Origin: Burkholderiales bacterium
Lineage (GTDB): Bacteria; Pseudomonadota; Gammaproteobacteria; Burkholderiales; SG8-39
NCBI GenBank assembly: GCA_035632415.1
Contig: DASQGW010000012.1
Span: 6,325-70,324, forward strand
DNA: 64,000 bases
Reading direction: 5' to 3'
A program made the translations under genes and the position numbers. The notes under the pieces are model-generated. The model did no database searches. It worked only from the letters and a program-made list of their open reading frames with translations, and was not told the origin of the DNA. Below are positions 40,539 to 51,422 of the stretch, in pieces (the stretch's first letter is position 1; every line of letters begins with the position of its first letter).

Positions 40539-41738
40539 ATGACCCGACGTGCCGGCCGGCACTTCCTGCAAATTCCGGGGCCTACCAACGTCCCAGACCG
40601 CGTTCTGCGCGCGATCGACTTTCCCACGATCGATCATCGCGGGCCCGAGTTCGCGACGCTCGGCAAGAACGTGCTCGAAGGAATGAAGCGCGTCTTCAAG
40701 AGCACCAAGGGCGAAGTCGTGATCTATCCGGCTTCGGGCACCGGCGCGTGGGAAGCGGCGCTCGTCAATACGCTGTCGCCGGGCGATCAAGTGCTGATGT
40801 ACGAGACAGGCCACTTCGCGACGCTCTGGCAGAAGATGGCGGCGAAGCTCGGTATCAACGTGGAATTCATCGCCGGCGATTGGCGCCACGGCGCCGATCC
40901 GCAGGCAATCGAGAAGCGGCTGCGCGCCGATACCGACAAGCGGATCAAGGCGGTCGCGGTCGTGCACAACGAGACTTCGACCGGCGTCACTTCGCGCCTC
41001 GCCGAAGTGCGCCAAGCCATCGATGCGGCGCGCCACCCGGCGCTCTACATGGTAGACACCATCTCGTCACTCGCCTCGATCGATTACCGGCATGACGAGT
41101 GGGGCGTCGACGTCACCGTCGCCGGATCGCAGAAAGGCCTGATGCTGCCGCCGGGCCTGTCGTTCAATTGCATCTCGCCAAAGGCACTCGAGGCGAGCAA
41201 GTCCGCGCGCCTTGCCCGCAGCTACTGGGCGTGGGACGAAATGATCGCGAACGGGAAGAAGGGTTATTTCCCGTACACGCCGGCCACCAACATGCTGTAT
41301 GGGCTCGCCGAAGCGCTGAAGATGCTGCTCGACGAGGAAGGGCTGGACAACGTGTTTGCGCGCCACCAGCGCCACGCCGAGGCCACGCGCCGCGCAGTGC
41401 GCGCGTGGGGGCTCGAGGTCTATGCCGTCGATCCGCGCGAATGCTCCGCGTCGCTCACCGGCGTGCTGCTGCCCGCGGGCCATGATGCCGACCGTGTGCG
41501 CAAGGTGATCCTCGATGCCTTCGATCTCTCGCTTGGCACCGGGCTCACCAAGCTCGGCGGCAAGATGTTCCGCATCGGGCATCTGGGCGATTTCAACGAC
41601 CTCATGCTGATGGGGACGCTGGCCGGTGTCGAAATGGGCCTCGCGCTTGCAGACGTTCCGGTGAAGAGGGAAGGCGTGCAGGCGGCAATGAGTTACCTGG
41701 CGGACTGTCAGGCCAATCCGGCGCGCGCCGCGGCGTAG
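40539..41738 (+). CDS. class V aminotransferase, serine--glyoxylate/alanine--glyoxylate aminotransferase-like
   Basis: 399-aa ORF with GRHFLQIPGPTNVPDRVLRA, VVHNETSTGV and AGSQKGLMLPPGLS (PLP Lys). Closely resembles methylotroph SgaA-type enzymes (recalled, not searched). Confidence 0.82.
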   Translation: MTRRAGRHFLQIPGPTNVPDRVLRAIDFPTIDHRGPEFATLGKNVLEGMKRVFKSTKGEVVIYPASGTGAWEAALVNTLSPGDQVLMYETGHFATLWQKMAAKLGINVEFIAGDWRHGADPQAIEKRLRADTDKRIKAVAVVHNETSTGVTSRLAEVRQAIDAARHPALYMVDTISSLASIDYRHDEWGVDVTVAGSQKGLMLPPGLSFNCISPKALEASKSARLARSYWAWDEMIANGKKGYFPYTPATNMLYGLAEALKMLLDEEGLDNVFARHQRHAEATRRAVRAWGLEVYAVDPRECSASLTGVLLPAGHDADRVRKVILDAFDLSLGTGLTKLGGKMFRIGHLGDFNDLMLMGTLAGVEMGLALADVPVKREGVQAAMSYLADCQANPARAAA

Positions 41739-42736
41739 TGGCACTACTCGAAGTTCGGAATCTCAGAACTACCTTCCTCACCGCGGGGGGCCTCGTGCGT
41801 GCAGTCGACGGCGTGTCTTGGGACGTACGCGAGGGCGAGACGGTCGCGCTGGTCGGTGAATCCGGATGCGGCAAGTCGGTGAGCGCGCTCAGCATCATGC
41901 GCCTGGTAGCGCCGCCTGCGGCGCGTATCGAGGCCGGCGAAATCCTCTACAAGGGACGCGACCTGCTCAAGCTTTCCGAGGCGGAGATGCGGCACGTGCG
42001 CGGCCGCGAGATCGCCATGGTGTTCCAGGAGCCGATGACTTCGCTGAATCCGGTGCTCTCCATCGGGCGCCAGCTCACCGAGGGCCTCGAGATTCACATG
42101 CAGATGACGCGGGCGCAGGCGCAGGCGCGCGCGGTGGAATTGCTCGGCATGGTCGGCATCCCGGATCCGCAGCGCCGGCTCGCGCAATATCCGCATCATT
42201 TCAGCGGCGGCATGCGGCAGCGCATGATGATCGCCATGGCGCTTGCCTGTAATCCGTCGCTCATCCTCGCCGACGAACCGACCACGGCGCTCGACGTGAC
42301 GATCCAGGCGCAGATCCTCGAGCTCATGCGCGATCTCTCGAAGCGCCTGGGCGTGGCCATGCTGATCATCACGCACAACCTGGGCGTCGTCGCGCGTTAT
42401 GCCGATCGCGTCAATGTGATGTATGCCGGACGCATCATCGAGCAGGCGAGCGCGGCCGAGCTCTACGCCAATCCGCGCCATCCGTATACGCTTGGCCTCT
42501 TGCGCTCGGTGCCGCGTCTCGACGAGCCACGCCGTGCGCGCCTTGACCCGATCGACGGGCAGCCGCCGGACCTCACCCGCTTGCCGCAGGGCTGCGCGTT
42601 CGCGCCGCGTTGTGCCTACCGCGTCGAACGCTGCAGCGAAGCGCCGCCGCTAGATACCGTCGCCGAGGCTCACACATCGGCTTGCTGGGAGGCGCTGCGC
42701 CTGGGCAAGCCGCAGGCGGCCGAGGTCGAGCCGTGA
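41738..42736 (+). CDS. peptide/nickel-type ABC transporter ATP-binding protein (DppD/OppD-like)
   Basis: 332-aa ORF whose GTG start overlaps the upstream TAG by 1 nt. [20 protein letters not shown] and [12 protein letters not shown] motifs are present, plus the C-terminal oligopeptide-ATPase extension (CAFAPRCAY). Confidence 0.88.
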   Translation: MALLEVRNLRTTFLTAGGLVRAVDGVSWDVREGETVALVGESGCGKSVSALSIMRLVAPPAARIEAGEILYKGRDLLKLSEAEMRHVRGREIAMVFQEPMTSLNPVLSIGRQLTEGLEIHMQMTRAQAQARAVELLGMVGIPDPQRRLAQYPHHFSGGMRQRMMIAMALACNPSLILADEPTTALDVTIQAQILELMRDLSKRLGVAMLIITHNLGVVARYADRVNVMYAGRIIEQASAAELYANPRHPYTLGLLRSVPRLDEPRRARLDPIDGQPPDLTRLPQGCAFAPRCAYRVERCSEAPPLDTVAEAHTSACWEALRLGKPQAAEVEP

Positions 42737-43719
42737 GCGAGACGCTGCTCGACGTACAGCACCTCGTCAAGCATTTTGCGGTCGGCGGTGGCTTGCTGTC
42801 GCGCTCGGCCGCGGTCGTGCGTGCGGTCGATGACGTCAGTTTCAGCGTCCGTCGCGGCGAGACCGTAGGCCTGGTGGGCGAGTCGGGCTGCGGCAAGACC
42901 ACTACGGGACGCTGCATCCTGCAGCTCGAGCGGCCTACCAGCGGACACATTCTGTTCGACGGCGCCGACCTCGCCGCGCTGGACGAGCGCGAGCTGCGTC
43001 GCGTGCGGCGCCGCGTGCAGGTCATCTTCCAGGATCCGTATGCGTCGCTCAATCCGCGCATGACGATCGGCCAGATCCTCGCCGAGCCGCTCAGGGTTCA
43101 CGGCATCGTGCGCGAGGCGCGCGCGCGCGAAGCGCGCGTGCAGGAGCTTCTATCGCAGGTCGGCCTGCTGCCGCAGCACGCGCGGCGCTATCCCCATCAG
43201 CTCTCCGGCGGCCAGCGGCAGCGGGTGGGTATCGCACGAGCGCTCGCCATGGAGCCCTCGCTCATCGTTTGCGACGAGCCCGTCTCGGCGCTCGACGTTT
43301 CAATCCAGGCGCAGATCATCAACCTGCTCGAGGACCTGCAGAGCCGGCTGGGGCTCACGTATCTGTTCATCGCCCATGATCTCTCGGTGGTGCGCCACAT
43401 CTCCAACCGCGTCGTGGTGATGTACCTCGGCAAGGTGGTCGAGGTGGCCGATCGGCGCGCGCTCTATGAGGAGCCGCTGCACCCTTATACGAAGGCATTA
43501 CTCTCGGCGGTCCCGATCCCGGATCCGAAGCTAGAGGCGAACCGAAGCCGCACCGTGCTGCGGGGCGAGGTTCCCAGTCCGCTCGACCCCCCCACGGGGT
43601 GCGTGTTCCACCCGCGCTGCCCGCGCGCGACGGAACGCTGCACCGCCGAAATGCCAGTCTTAAGGAACTTTAAGAGTGAGCACTGGGCCGCATGCCATCA
43701 TGCTGACATCGAGCATTGA
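42733..43719 (+). CDS. peptide/nickel-type ABC transporter ATP-binding protein (DppF/OppF-like)
   Basis: The real start is GTG 42733 ([15 protein letters not shown]), overlapping the upstream TGA as [28 protein letters not shown] and [11 protein letters not shown] motifs are present, plus the C-terminal GCVFHPRCP motif. Confidence 0.88.
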   Translation: MSETLLDVQHLVKHFAVGGGLLSRSAAVVRAVDDVSFSVRRGETVGLVGESGCGKTTTGRCILQLERPTSGHILFDGADLAALDERELRRVRRRVQVIFQDPYASLNPRMTIGQILAEPLRVHGIVREARAREARVQELLSQVGLLPQHARRYPHQLSGGQRQRVGIARALAMEPSLIVCDEPVSALDVSIQAQIINLLEDLQSRLGLTYLFIAHDLSVVRHISNRVVVMYLGKVVEVADRRALYEEPLHPYTKALLSAVPIPDPKLEANRSRTVLRGEVPSPLDPPTGCVFHPRCPRATERCTAEMPVLRNFKSEHWAACHHADIEH

Positions 43720-43743
43720 CATGCAATGCCGCTCCGCTATTAA
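43716..43743 (+). promoter_or_regulatory. candidate internal sigma70 promoter (TTGACA - 16 nt - TATTAA) ahead of the binding-protein gene
   Basis: TTGACA at 43716..43721 overlaps the ATPase stop codon; TATTAA is at 43738..43743. It lies in a locally AT-richer 94-nt gap, followed by a CCCCC-GTGAAA-GGGGG hairpin and a GGAGGAGG SD before ATG 43814. Confidence 0.45.
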
Positions 43744-43813
43744 CTAGTCGAGCAAAAAACAGCACCCCCGTGAAAGGGGGGCATACTAAAGACCCTCTAG
43801 GAGGAGGCGTTTC

Positions 43814-45403
43814 ATGAAGCGATTCGCGCGACTGCTGGCGCTCGCCGCCAGTTCCTTGCTCGCCCTGACTGCGTATGGCCAGACGCCCCGCTATGGCGGG
43901 GAACTCGTGTTTCCGGTGCCCTCGGAACCGCCGTCGTACGACGGGCATCGCGAGGAGACCTTCGGCCTGATTCACCCGATCGCTCCGTTCTACAACACGC
44001 TGCTGCGCGTCGACCCGTTCGACAGGACCGGCACCAAGCCGGCGCCTTCGCTCGCGGAGAGCTGGACGGAATCCAAGGACGGCAAGACCTACACCTTCAA
44101 GCTCCACAAGGGGGTGAAGTTCCACGATGGCTCTGAAATGACCTCGAAGGACGTCAAGGCGTCCTACGACAAGATCATTTTCCCGCCGCCGGGCGTCGGC
44201 TCCACGCGCAAGGGCCAGTACGCCGACGTGGAGAAAGTCGAAGCCCCGGACCCCTATACGGTGGTATTCCACCTGAAGCACCCCTCGGCCTCCTTCATCG
44301 CCTCGATGCTCTCGCCGTACAACTTCATCTACAAGGCCGACATCCTGGCGAAGGATCCCCATTGGTACGAGACCCACATCATGGGCACCGGACCGTTCAC
44401 CTTTGTCGAGCACGTGAAAGGCTCCTATGTGCTCGGCAAGAAGAACCCGAACTACTGGGACAAGGGCAAGCCCTACTTGGACGGTTTCCGCGCGGTGTTC
44501 ATGCGCGACTCGGCGGCGCAGGTCGCCGCGGTGCGCGGCGAGCGCGCCCAGATCCAGTTCCGCGGCTTCACGCCCAAGGATCGGGACAACATCAAGGCGG
44601 CGCTCGGCGACAAGATCACCGTGCAGGAGTCGCCCTGGGACTGCATCCTGTACGTCTCCATCAACCACAAGAAGAAACCCTTCGACGATCCCCGGGTGAG
44701 GCGTGCGCTGACGCTGGCGCTCGACCGCTACGAGGGCTCCAAGGCGCTGTCGCAGATCGCCATCGTCAAGGAAGTGGCGGGCGTGCAGGTGCCCGGCACC
44801 CCTTTCGCGACTCCGCCCGAGGAGCTGGCGAAGCTCGCCGGCTACTGGCATGACGCGGAGAAGTCGCGCGCCGAGGCGAAGCGGCTCCTCAGGGAAGCCG
44901 ACGTGCCCGACGGGTTCTCCTTCACCTTCAAGAACCGCGGCATCCCGATGCCGTACGAGCCGCTCGGCGTGTGGCTGATCGACCAGTGGCGCAAGGTCGG
45001 GCTTAACGTCAAGCAGGAGGTGGTCGAGGCCGCAGCCTACTTCGGCGTACTGCGCAAGGGCGACTTCGAAACGGCGATGGATTTCCAGTGCGGCTACATC
45101 GTCGAGCCGGACCTCGACATGTACCGCTTCACGTCGGCCAGCCGCAATCCGGCGAACTATGGCGCCTACGAAGACCCGGTGCTCGACGCGCTCTACGACA
45201 AGCAGAGCCAGGCGACGAATGTGGAGGAGCGCAAGCGCCTCGTCCGCGAGTTCGAGAAACGCGCGCTCGACGAGCAGGCCCACGTGCTGATGACGCTGCA
45301 GTGGCATCGCATCATCCCGCACTCCTCGAAGCTCCATGGGTGGACGATCACGCCGAGCCATTACCTGAACAACACCCTCGATACGGTCTGGCTCTCGCAG
45401 TGA
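43814..45403 (+). CDS. ABC transporter substrate-binding protein, family 5 (peptide/nickel/opine type)
   Basis: 529-aa ORF with a signal peptide (LLALAASSLLALTAYGQ). SBP_bac_5 motifs are present (LAESWTESKDGKTYTFKLHKGVKFHDGSEMTSKDV, GTGPF). Confidence 0.88.
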   Translation: MKRFARLLALAASSLLALTAYGQTPRYGGELVFPVPSEPPSYDGHREETFGLIHPIAPFYNTLLRVDPFDRTGTKPAPSLAESWTESKDGKTYTFKLHKGVKFHDGSEMTSKDVKASYDKIIFPPPGVGSTRKGQYADVEKVEAPDPYTVVFHLKHPSASFIASMLSPYNFIYKADILAKDPHWYETHIMGTGPFTFVEHVKGSYVLGKKNPNYWDKGKPYLDGFRAVFMRDSAAQVAAVRGERAQIQFRGFTPKDRDNIKAALGDKITVQESPWDCILYVSINHKKKPFDDPRVRRALTLALDRYEGSKALSQIAIVKEVAGVQVPGTPFATPPEELAKLAGYWHDAEKSRAEAKRLLREADVPDGFSFTFKNRGIPMPYEPLGVWLIDQWRKVGLNVKQEVVEAAAYFGVLRKGDFETAMDFQCGYIVEPDLDMYRFTSASRNPANYGAYEDPVLDALYDKQSQATNVEERKRLVREFEKRALDEQAHVLMTLQWHRIIPHSSKLHGWTITPSHYLNNTLDTVWLSQ

Positions 45404-45410
45404 CGCTACG

Positions 45411-45447
45411 CGCCGGCGGCCCGCCTCGCACAATCGGGCCGCCGGCG
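45411..45447 (+). other. 13-bp perfect GC-rich intercistronic stem-loop after the binding-protein gene
   Basis: CGCCGGCGGCCCG (45411..45423) pairs with CGGGCCGCCGGCG (45435..45447) across an 11-nt loop. There is no U-tract, and the permease ATG is at 45457. Confidence 0.7.
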
Positions 45448-45456
45448 TAAGCCGGC

Positions 45457-46413
45457 ATGGGCATCTATATCCTGAAGCGACTCGCGGCGATGGTGCCGAC
45501 GCTGCTCGGCGTCGCCGTGCTCATTTTCGTCCTGCTGCGCGTCATTCCCGGCGACGTCGTCGAGGCGAGGTACCTCACCCAGGGCAGCCAGTTCCAGTCG
45601 CAGGAGCTGATGGACCAGGAGCGGCACAAGCTCGGCCTCGACCAGTCGCTTTGGAAGCAGTTCACGACCTGGATGGCAGGCCTTGCGAGGCTGGACTTCG
45701 GCCTGTCGATGTGGACGGGCTCGCCCATTACCGAGGAGATCAAGCTACGCTTCGCCCTATCGCTGCAGCTTGCCGTCATGGCGAGCCTGCTCGCTCAAGT
45801 GCTTGCCATTCCGCTCGGCATCCTGGCCGCGGTCAAGCAGGACAGCTGGATTGATTATGCGGTGCGCGTCTTTTCGATCGCCGGCCTCGCCACGCCGTCG
45901 TTCTGGCTCGGCATTCTGATGATCCTCACCATGCTGATCGTGTTTCACTGGGTGCCGCCGATGGTCTTCACGCCGTTCTGGGTGAATCCCTGGGAGAACC
46001 TGGCGCAGCTGATCTGGCCGGCGCTTGCGGTCGGCTACCGGTATTCCGCCGTCGGCACGCGGATGATGCGCTCGGCCATGCTGGAAGTGCTGCGCGAGGA
46101 TTACATCCGCACCGCGCGCGCCAAAGGCCTCTGGCTCAAGCTGATCCTCACTCGGCACGCGCTCAAGAATGCGGTCCTCCCGGTGCTCACCGTGATGAGC
46201 CTCGAATTCGCGTTCCTGCTCGGCGGGCTGGTGGTCACCGAGCAGGTGTTCAACCTCAACGGCCTGGGAATGCTTTTCGTCGAGGCCATCTCGCACCGGG
46301 ACTACACGCTCACCCAGGCGCTGGTCATGCTGGTCGCCACCTTCTTCCTGTTCGTGAACTTCTTCGTCGACATCGCCTACGCGTGGATCGACCCCCGCAT
46401 ACGTTACCGCTGA
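45457..46413 (+). CDS. ABC transporter permease (DppB/OppB-like)
   Basis: 318-aa ORF starting MGIYILKRLAAMVPTLLGVAVLIFVLLRVIPGD, with the EAA-type motif region YIRTARAKGL. Confidence 0.88.
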   Translation: MGIYILKRLAAMVPTLLGVAVLIFVLLRVIPGDVVEARYLTQGSQFQSQELMDQERHKLGLDQSLWKQFTTWMAGLARLDFGLSMWTGSPITEEIKLRFALSLQLAVMASLLAQVLAIPLGILAAVKQDSWIDYAVRVFSIAGLATPSFWLGILMILTMLIVFHWVPPMVFTPFWVNPWENLAQLIWPALAVGYRYSAVGTRMMRSAMLEVLREDYIRTARAKGLWLKLILTRHALKNAVLPVLTVMSLEFAFLLGGLVVTEQVFNLNGLGMLFVEAISHRDYTLTQALVMLVATFFLFVNFFVDIAYAWIDPRIRYR

Positions 46414-46414
46414 C

Positions 46415-47311
46415 GTGGCCGCTACTCCCCATACCGTCGATGAGCTGACCCAGAGCGCGCCGCGCGCGCGCTGGTTCGCCACCATCGTCAATTTCATTCG
46501 TCAGCGCCCGCTCGGCGCGATCGGCGCCACGATCATCCTCGTCATGATTGCCGCGGCGATTACGGCGGGCTTCATCGCGCCGTACGACCCGCTCGCGACC
46601 GACTACGGCGCGATGATTGCCGCGCCGAGCCGCGCGCACTGGCTCGGCACGGACGCATTCGGGCGCGATGTCCTGTCGAGGATCCTTTACGGCTCGCGCA
46701 CCGCGCTCGAGGTCGGCTTCGGTGCCGCGATCCTCGGCGCGACTTTCGGCTCGTTGATCGGCGTCGGGAGCGCCTATTTCGCCGGTCGCATCGACCTTAT
46801 CGTGCAGCGCGTGATGGATGTGTTCTTCGCCTTCCCGGTCATCATCCTCGCGCTCACCGTGGTCGCCGTGCTCGGCACCGGCGCCGGCAACGTGATCCTC
46901 GCCATCGCCACGCCGATGGTGCCGCGCTGCGCGCGCGTCGTGCGCTCGAGCGCACTCTCGGTGCGCGAGATGCCCTATGTAGACGCGGCGCGCGCCTGCG
47001 GCTTCGGCCACAGCCGCATCATCCTGCGGCATATGCTGCCGAACGTGATGGCGCCGATCCTCATCATGGCGACCGCGTTCCTCGGCGAGGCCATCCTGCT
47101 CGAGGCGTCGCTCTCGTTCATCGGCCTCGGCGTGCAGGAGCCGACTGCGGCGTGGGGGCTGATGCTGCGCGGCGCGGCGGTGGAATTCGCCGAAACCGCG
47201 CCATGGATGGCGATCTTCCCGGGCCTTGCCATCAGCCTGGCGGTCTTCGGCTTCAATCTCTTCGGCGACTCGCTGCGCGACGCGCTCGACCCGCGTCTGC
47301 GCACGCAATAA
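46415..47311 (+). CDS. ABC transporter permease (DppC/OppC-like)
   Basis: 298-aa ORF with a GTG start 1 nt after the previous stop. HWLGTDAFGRDVLSRILYG and YVDAARACG motifs are present. Confidence 0.88.
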   Translation: MAATPHTVDELTQSAPRARWFATIVNFIRQRPLGAIGATIILVMIAAAITAGFIAPYDPLATDYGAMIAAPSRAHWLGTDAFGRDVLSRILYGSRTALEVGFGAAILGATFGSLIGVGSAYFAGRIDLIVQRVMDVFFAFPVIILALTVVAVLGTGAGNVILAIATPMVPRCARVVRSSALSVREMPYVDAARACGFGHSRIILRHMLPNVMAPILIMATAFLGEAILLEASLSFIGLGVQEPTAAWGLMLRGAAVEFAETAPWMAIFPGLAISLAVFGFNLFGDSLRDALDPRLRTQ

Positions 47312-47360
47312 CGCCATTTTCTGGCAAGGCGTCCGCGAGGCCGCCGGCATCCCGGCTGCA

Positions 47361-47992
47361 GTGCTGGTCGCGGGGTACGTGGCGTTCGGCGCGCTCGCCG
47401 CGGCGAACGACATCCCGTTCGGCCTCGCCGTGACGTCGACCGCGGTGCTGTGGGCGCTCCCCGCGCAGATCATCCTGGTGGAGATGCATTCGCTTGCCGC
47501 ACCGGTATTCGCCACGCTATTGGCGGTAATGCTGTCCTCGGCGCGCTTCCTGCCGATGACGTTGATGCTCATGCCGGAGATGCGCGCTCCCGGGCATCGC
47601 GACTGGAAGTACTACGTCGCCGCGCAGCTCCTCTCCCTTTCGGGATGGACGATGGCGGTGGCCCGCTTTCCGGACATTCCGCGCGGGCAGCGGCTCGGCT
47701 GGTTCTACGGCTTCACCGTGGTGTTGATGACGGTGAGCGCCGTATCGACCGCGCTGGGCTACGTCGGTGCCGACCATTTGCCGCCGCTCGCAAAGCTCGC
47801 GCTCGTCTTCATGGTACCGATGTATTACCTCCTCATCCTCTCCGGCTCCGTACGCGAACGAGTGGCGGCGCTCGGCCTCGCCTGCGGGGCGGTCGCTGGT
47901 CCGCTCGGCTATCTCCTAACGCCGGAGTGGAGCGTGCCGCTCGGCGGCCTCGCCGGTGGCAGCATCGCTTACCTCCTGCTGAGGAGGCGCTG

Positions 47993-47993
<1 letters not shown>
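47361..47993 (+). CDS. azlC: AzlC family branched-chain amino acid transport protein; start uncertain
   Basis: The stop is firm. Family-like sequence already begins around 47316 (FWQGVREAAGIPAAVLVAGYVAFGALA), but the only in-frame canonical starts are TTG 47226 (86-nt overlap with the permease) and GTG 47361 (listed here; it trims ~15 conserved residues). ATT 47316 is a non-canonical option. Confidence 0.7.
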
Positions 47994-49539
<1,546 letters not shown>

Positions 49540-49545
49540 CGCTGG

Positions 49546-50865
49546 CTACTTGCGTGCCGCGCCCATCAGATGGTCCGGCAGCCACGTCGCGATCTCGGGG
49601 AAGACGCAGAGGATGACGATGGCGAGGAACATGCAAAGCACGTAGGGAATCGTGCCCCACATGACCTTCATGAGCGGCACGTCGGGGGCAATCGAGTTGA
49701 CGATGTAGATGTTGAGGCCCACCGGCGGATGGATCAGGCCGATCTCCATGTTGATGGTCAGGATGACTCCGAACCAGACCGGATCGAATCCCGCGGCCGT
49801 AACGATCGGAAAGAGGATCGGGCTCGTCATCAGGATGATGGCCGCCGGCGGGATGAAGAAGCCGCAGACCAGCAGGAAAAGGTTGATGAGCGCCATCAGC
49901 ATCCAGCGGTTCACGTGCATGTCGGCGATCGCCTGCGCGAGCGTCTGCGTGAGATACAACGAAGTGAGCATGTAACCGAAAAGCACGGCTGCCGCGATGA
50001 TCGTCAGGATCATCACCGACTCGCGCGTCGTATCGCGCAGGATGGCCCACCACTCGCGCGGCCGCCACATCTTGTAGATGACCAGTGCCAGCACGACGCA
50101 CAGCGCCGCGCCGACCCCGGCCGCCTCCGACGGCGTAGCGATGCCGCCGTAGAGGGCGTACATGACGCCGATGATGATGGCCACGAACGGCGCGATCTTC
50201 GGGATGCTCGCGAACTTCTGCTTCCAGGTGTAGCGGAAATCCGGTGCGTGCGAGCGGAAGCCGCGCCGCCAGATCTCGAACAGCGTCCACAGCATGAACA
50301 GACCCGTCAGCATGATGCCGGGCAGCACGCCGGCGAGGAACAGCCTGCCGATCGAGGTCTCGGTCGCGATGCCGTAAAGGATGAAGGTGATCGAGGGGGG
50401 GATCAGGATGCCGAGCGTGCCGCCGGCGCAGATCGATCCGGTGGCGATCTCGTCGGGATAGCCGCGGCGGCGCATCTCCGGTATTCCCATCTTGCCGATC
50501 GCCGCGCAGCAGGCCGGTGACGAGCCGGTCAGGGCTGCAAAGATGGCGCAGGCGCCGAGATTGGAGATCACCAAGCCGCCCGGCAACCGATACAACCACC
50601 GGTCGAGCGCCTCGTAGAGGTCCTTGCCGGCGGGCGAAGAGCCGATCGCCGCGCCCATCATCACGAACATCGGGATGGCGACGAGCGTGAATTCGTCCAA
50701 GCCGGCGTAAAACGTCTCGGCCACCACGTGCATCGCATCGAAGCCCTGGAACAACAGGAGGAATACGATCGAGATGGCACCCAGGCCGAACGCAACAGGA
50801 ATGCCCGAAAGCAGCACGAGCAACGTGACCACGAGGACGATGCTGCCCTGCGTGGTGGGGCTCAT
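49546..50865 (-). CDS. dctM: TRAP transporter large permease subunit
   Basis: 439-aa ORF, polytopic DctM family. Overlaps the dctQ stop by 4 nt. Confidence 0.9.
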   Translation of the reverse strand: MSPTTQGSIVLVVTLLVLLSGIPVAFGLGAISIVFLLLFQGFDAMHVVAETFYAGLDEFTLVAIPMFVMMGAAIGSSPAGKDLYEALDRWLYRLPGGLVISNLGACAIFAALTGSSPACCAAIGKMGIPEMRRRGYPDEIATGSICAGGTLGILIPPSITFILYGIATETSIGRLFLAGVLPGIMLTGLFMLWTLFEIWRRGFRSHAPDFRYTWKQKFASIPKIAPFVAIIIGVMYALYGGIATPSEAAGVGAALCVVLALVIYKMWRPREWWAILRDTTRESVMILTIIAAAVLFGYMLTSLYLTQTLAQAIADMHVNRWMLMALINLFLLVCGFFIPPAAIILMTSPILFPIVTAAGFDPVWFGVILTINMEIGLIHPPVGLNIYIVNSIAPDVPLMKVMWGTIPYVLCMFLAIVILCVFPEIATWLPDHLMGAARK

Positions 50866-51383
50866 GCGCCCGGGCGCTCGTCAGTGATGCCGAAGGGGGG
50901 CGAGCGCCGTGTAACGAGGCAGATAAGCTCGACGACGTATTGCAGCACCAGCAGGCCGAGGCCGGCTGGCATCGCGCTATACGGGATCCACAGCCGGGCG
51001 CGCCAAACCGTGTCCGAGCGCCAGTTGCCCGACCAAGCCTGGTACCAGTACGCCGTACACAGGACGAACAGCACGGCGCAGAAAGCAAGCGCCACGCCGG
51101 TCGTGAGGAGCGCCAGCCGATAGCGCCCCACCGGCCCAAGGTGCAGCGGGAGCACGTCGACGTTGACGTGACCGCGGGTCATCAGCACGTAGGCGCTGCC
51201 GATGAAGGTCGCCGAGACGATGCTGTACGTGACGACGTCGATCTGCCATATCGTCGTGCGCCCGAGCAGATAGCGCTCGATCACGATATCGATGATCACG
51301 AGCACGCCGAGCGCGATGAGGCCGGCGGCTATGGCACCCGCGACGCGCGAGGCGGTGCTCACGATTCGAATGAAAGCGTCCAC
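50862..51383 (-). CDS. dctQ: TRAP transporter small permease subunit
   Basis: 173-aa ORF with a GTG start and four TM segments. Position is between the P and M subunits. Confidence 0.85.
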   Translation of the reverse strand: MDAFIRIVSTASRVAGAIAAGLIALGVLVIIDIVIERYLLGRTTIWQIDVVTYSIVSATFIGSAYVLMTRGHVNVDVLPLHLGPVGRYRLALLTTGVALAFCAVLFVLCTAYWYQAWSGNWRSDTVWRARLWIPYSAMPAGLGLLVLQYVVELICLVTRRSPPFGITDERPGA

Positions 51384-51390
51384 GGGCTTC

Positions 51391-51414
51391 GCCGGCGGGC
51401 CGCAGCCCGCCGGC
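51391..51414 (-). other. 10-bp perfect GC stem-loop between dctP and dctQ
   Basis: GCCGGCGGGC (51391..51400), loop CGCA, then GCCCGCCGGC (51405..51414). No U-tract. Confidence 0.65.
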
Positions 51415-51422
51415 TGGGGTCG

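Noticed and set aside
43670-45433. 587-aa ORF on the minus strand
   Set aside because: It is antisense to the family-5 substrate-binding protein gene. It has an Arg/His/Val-rich low-complexity composition, no recognisable domain and no SD.
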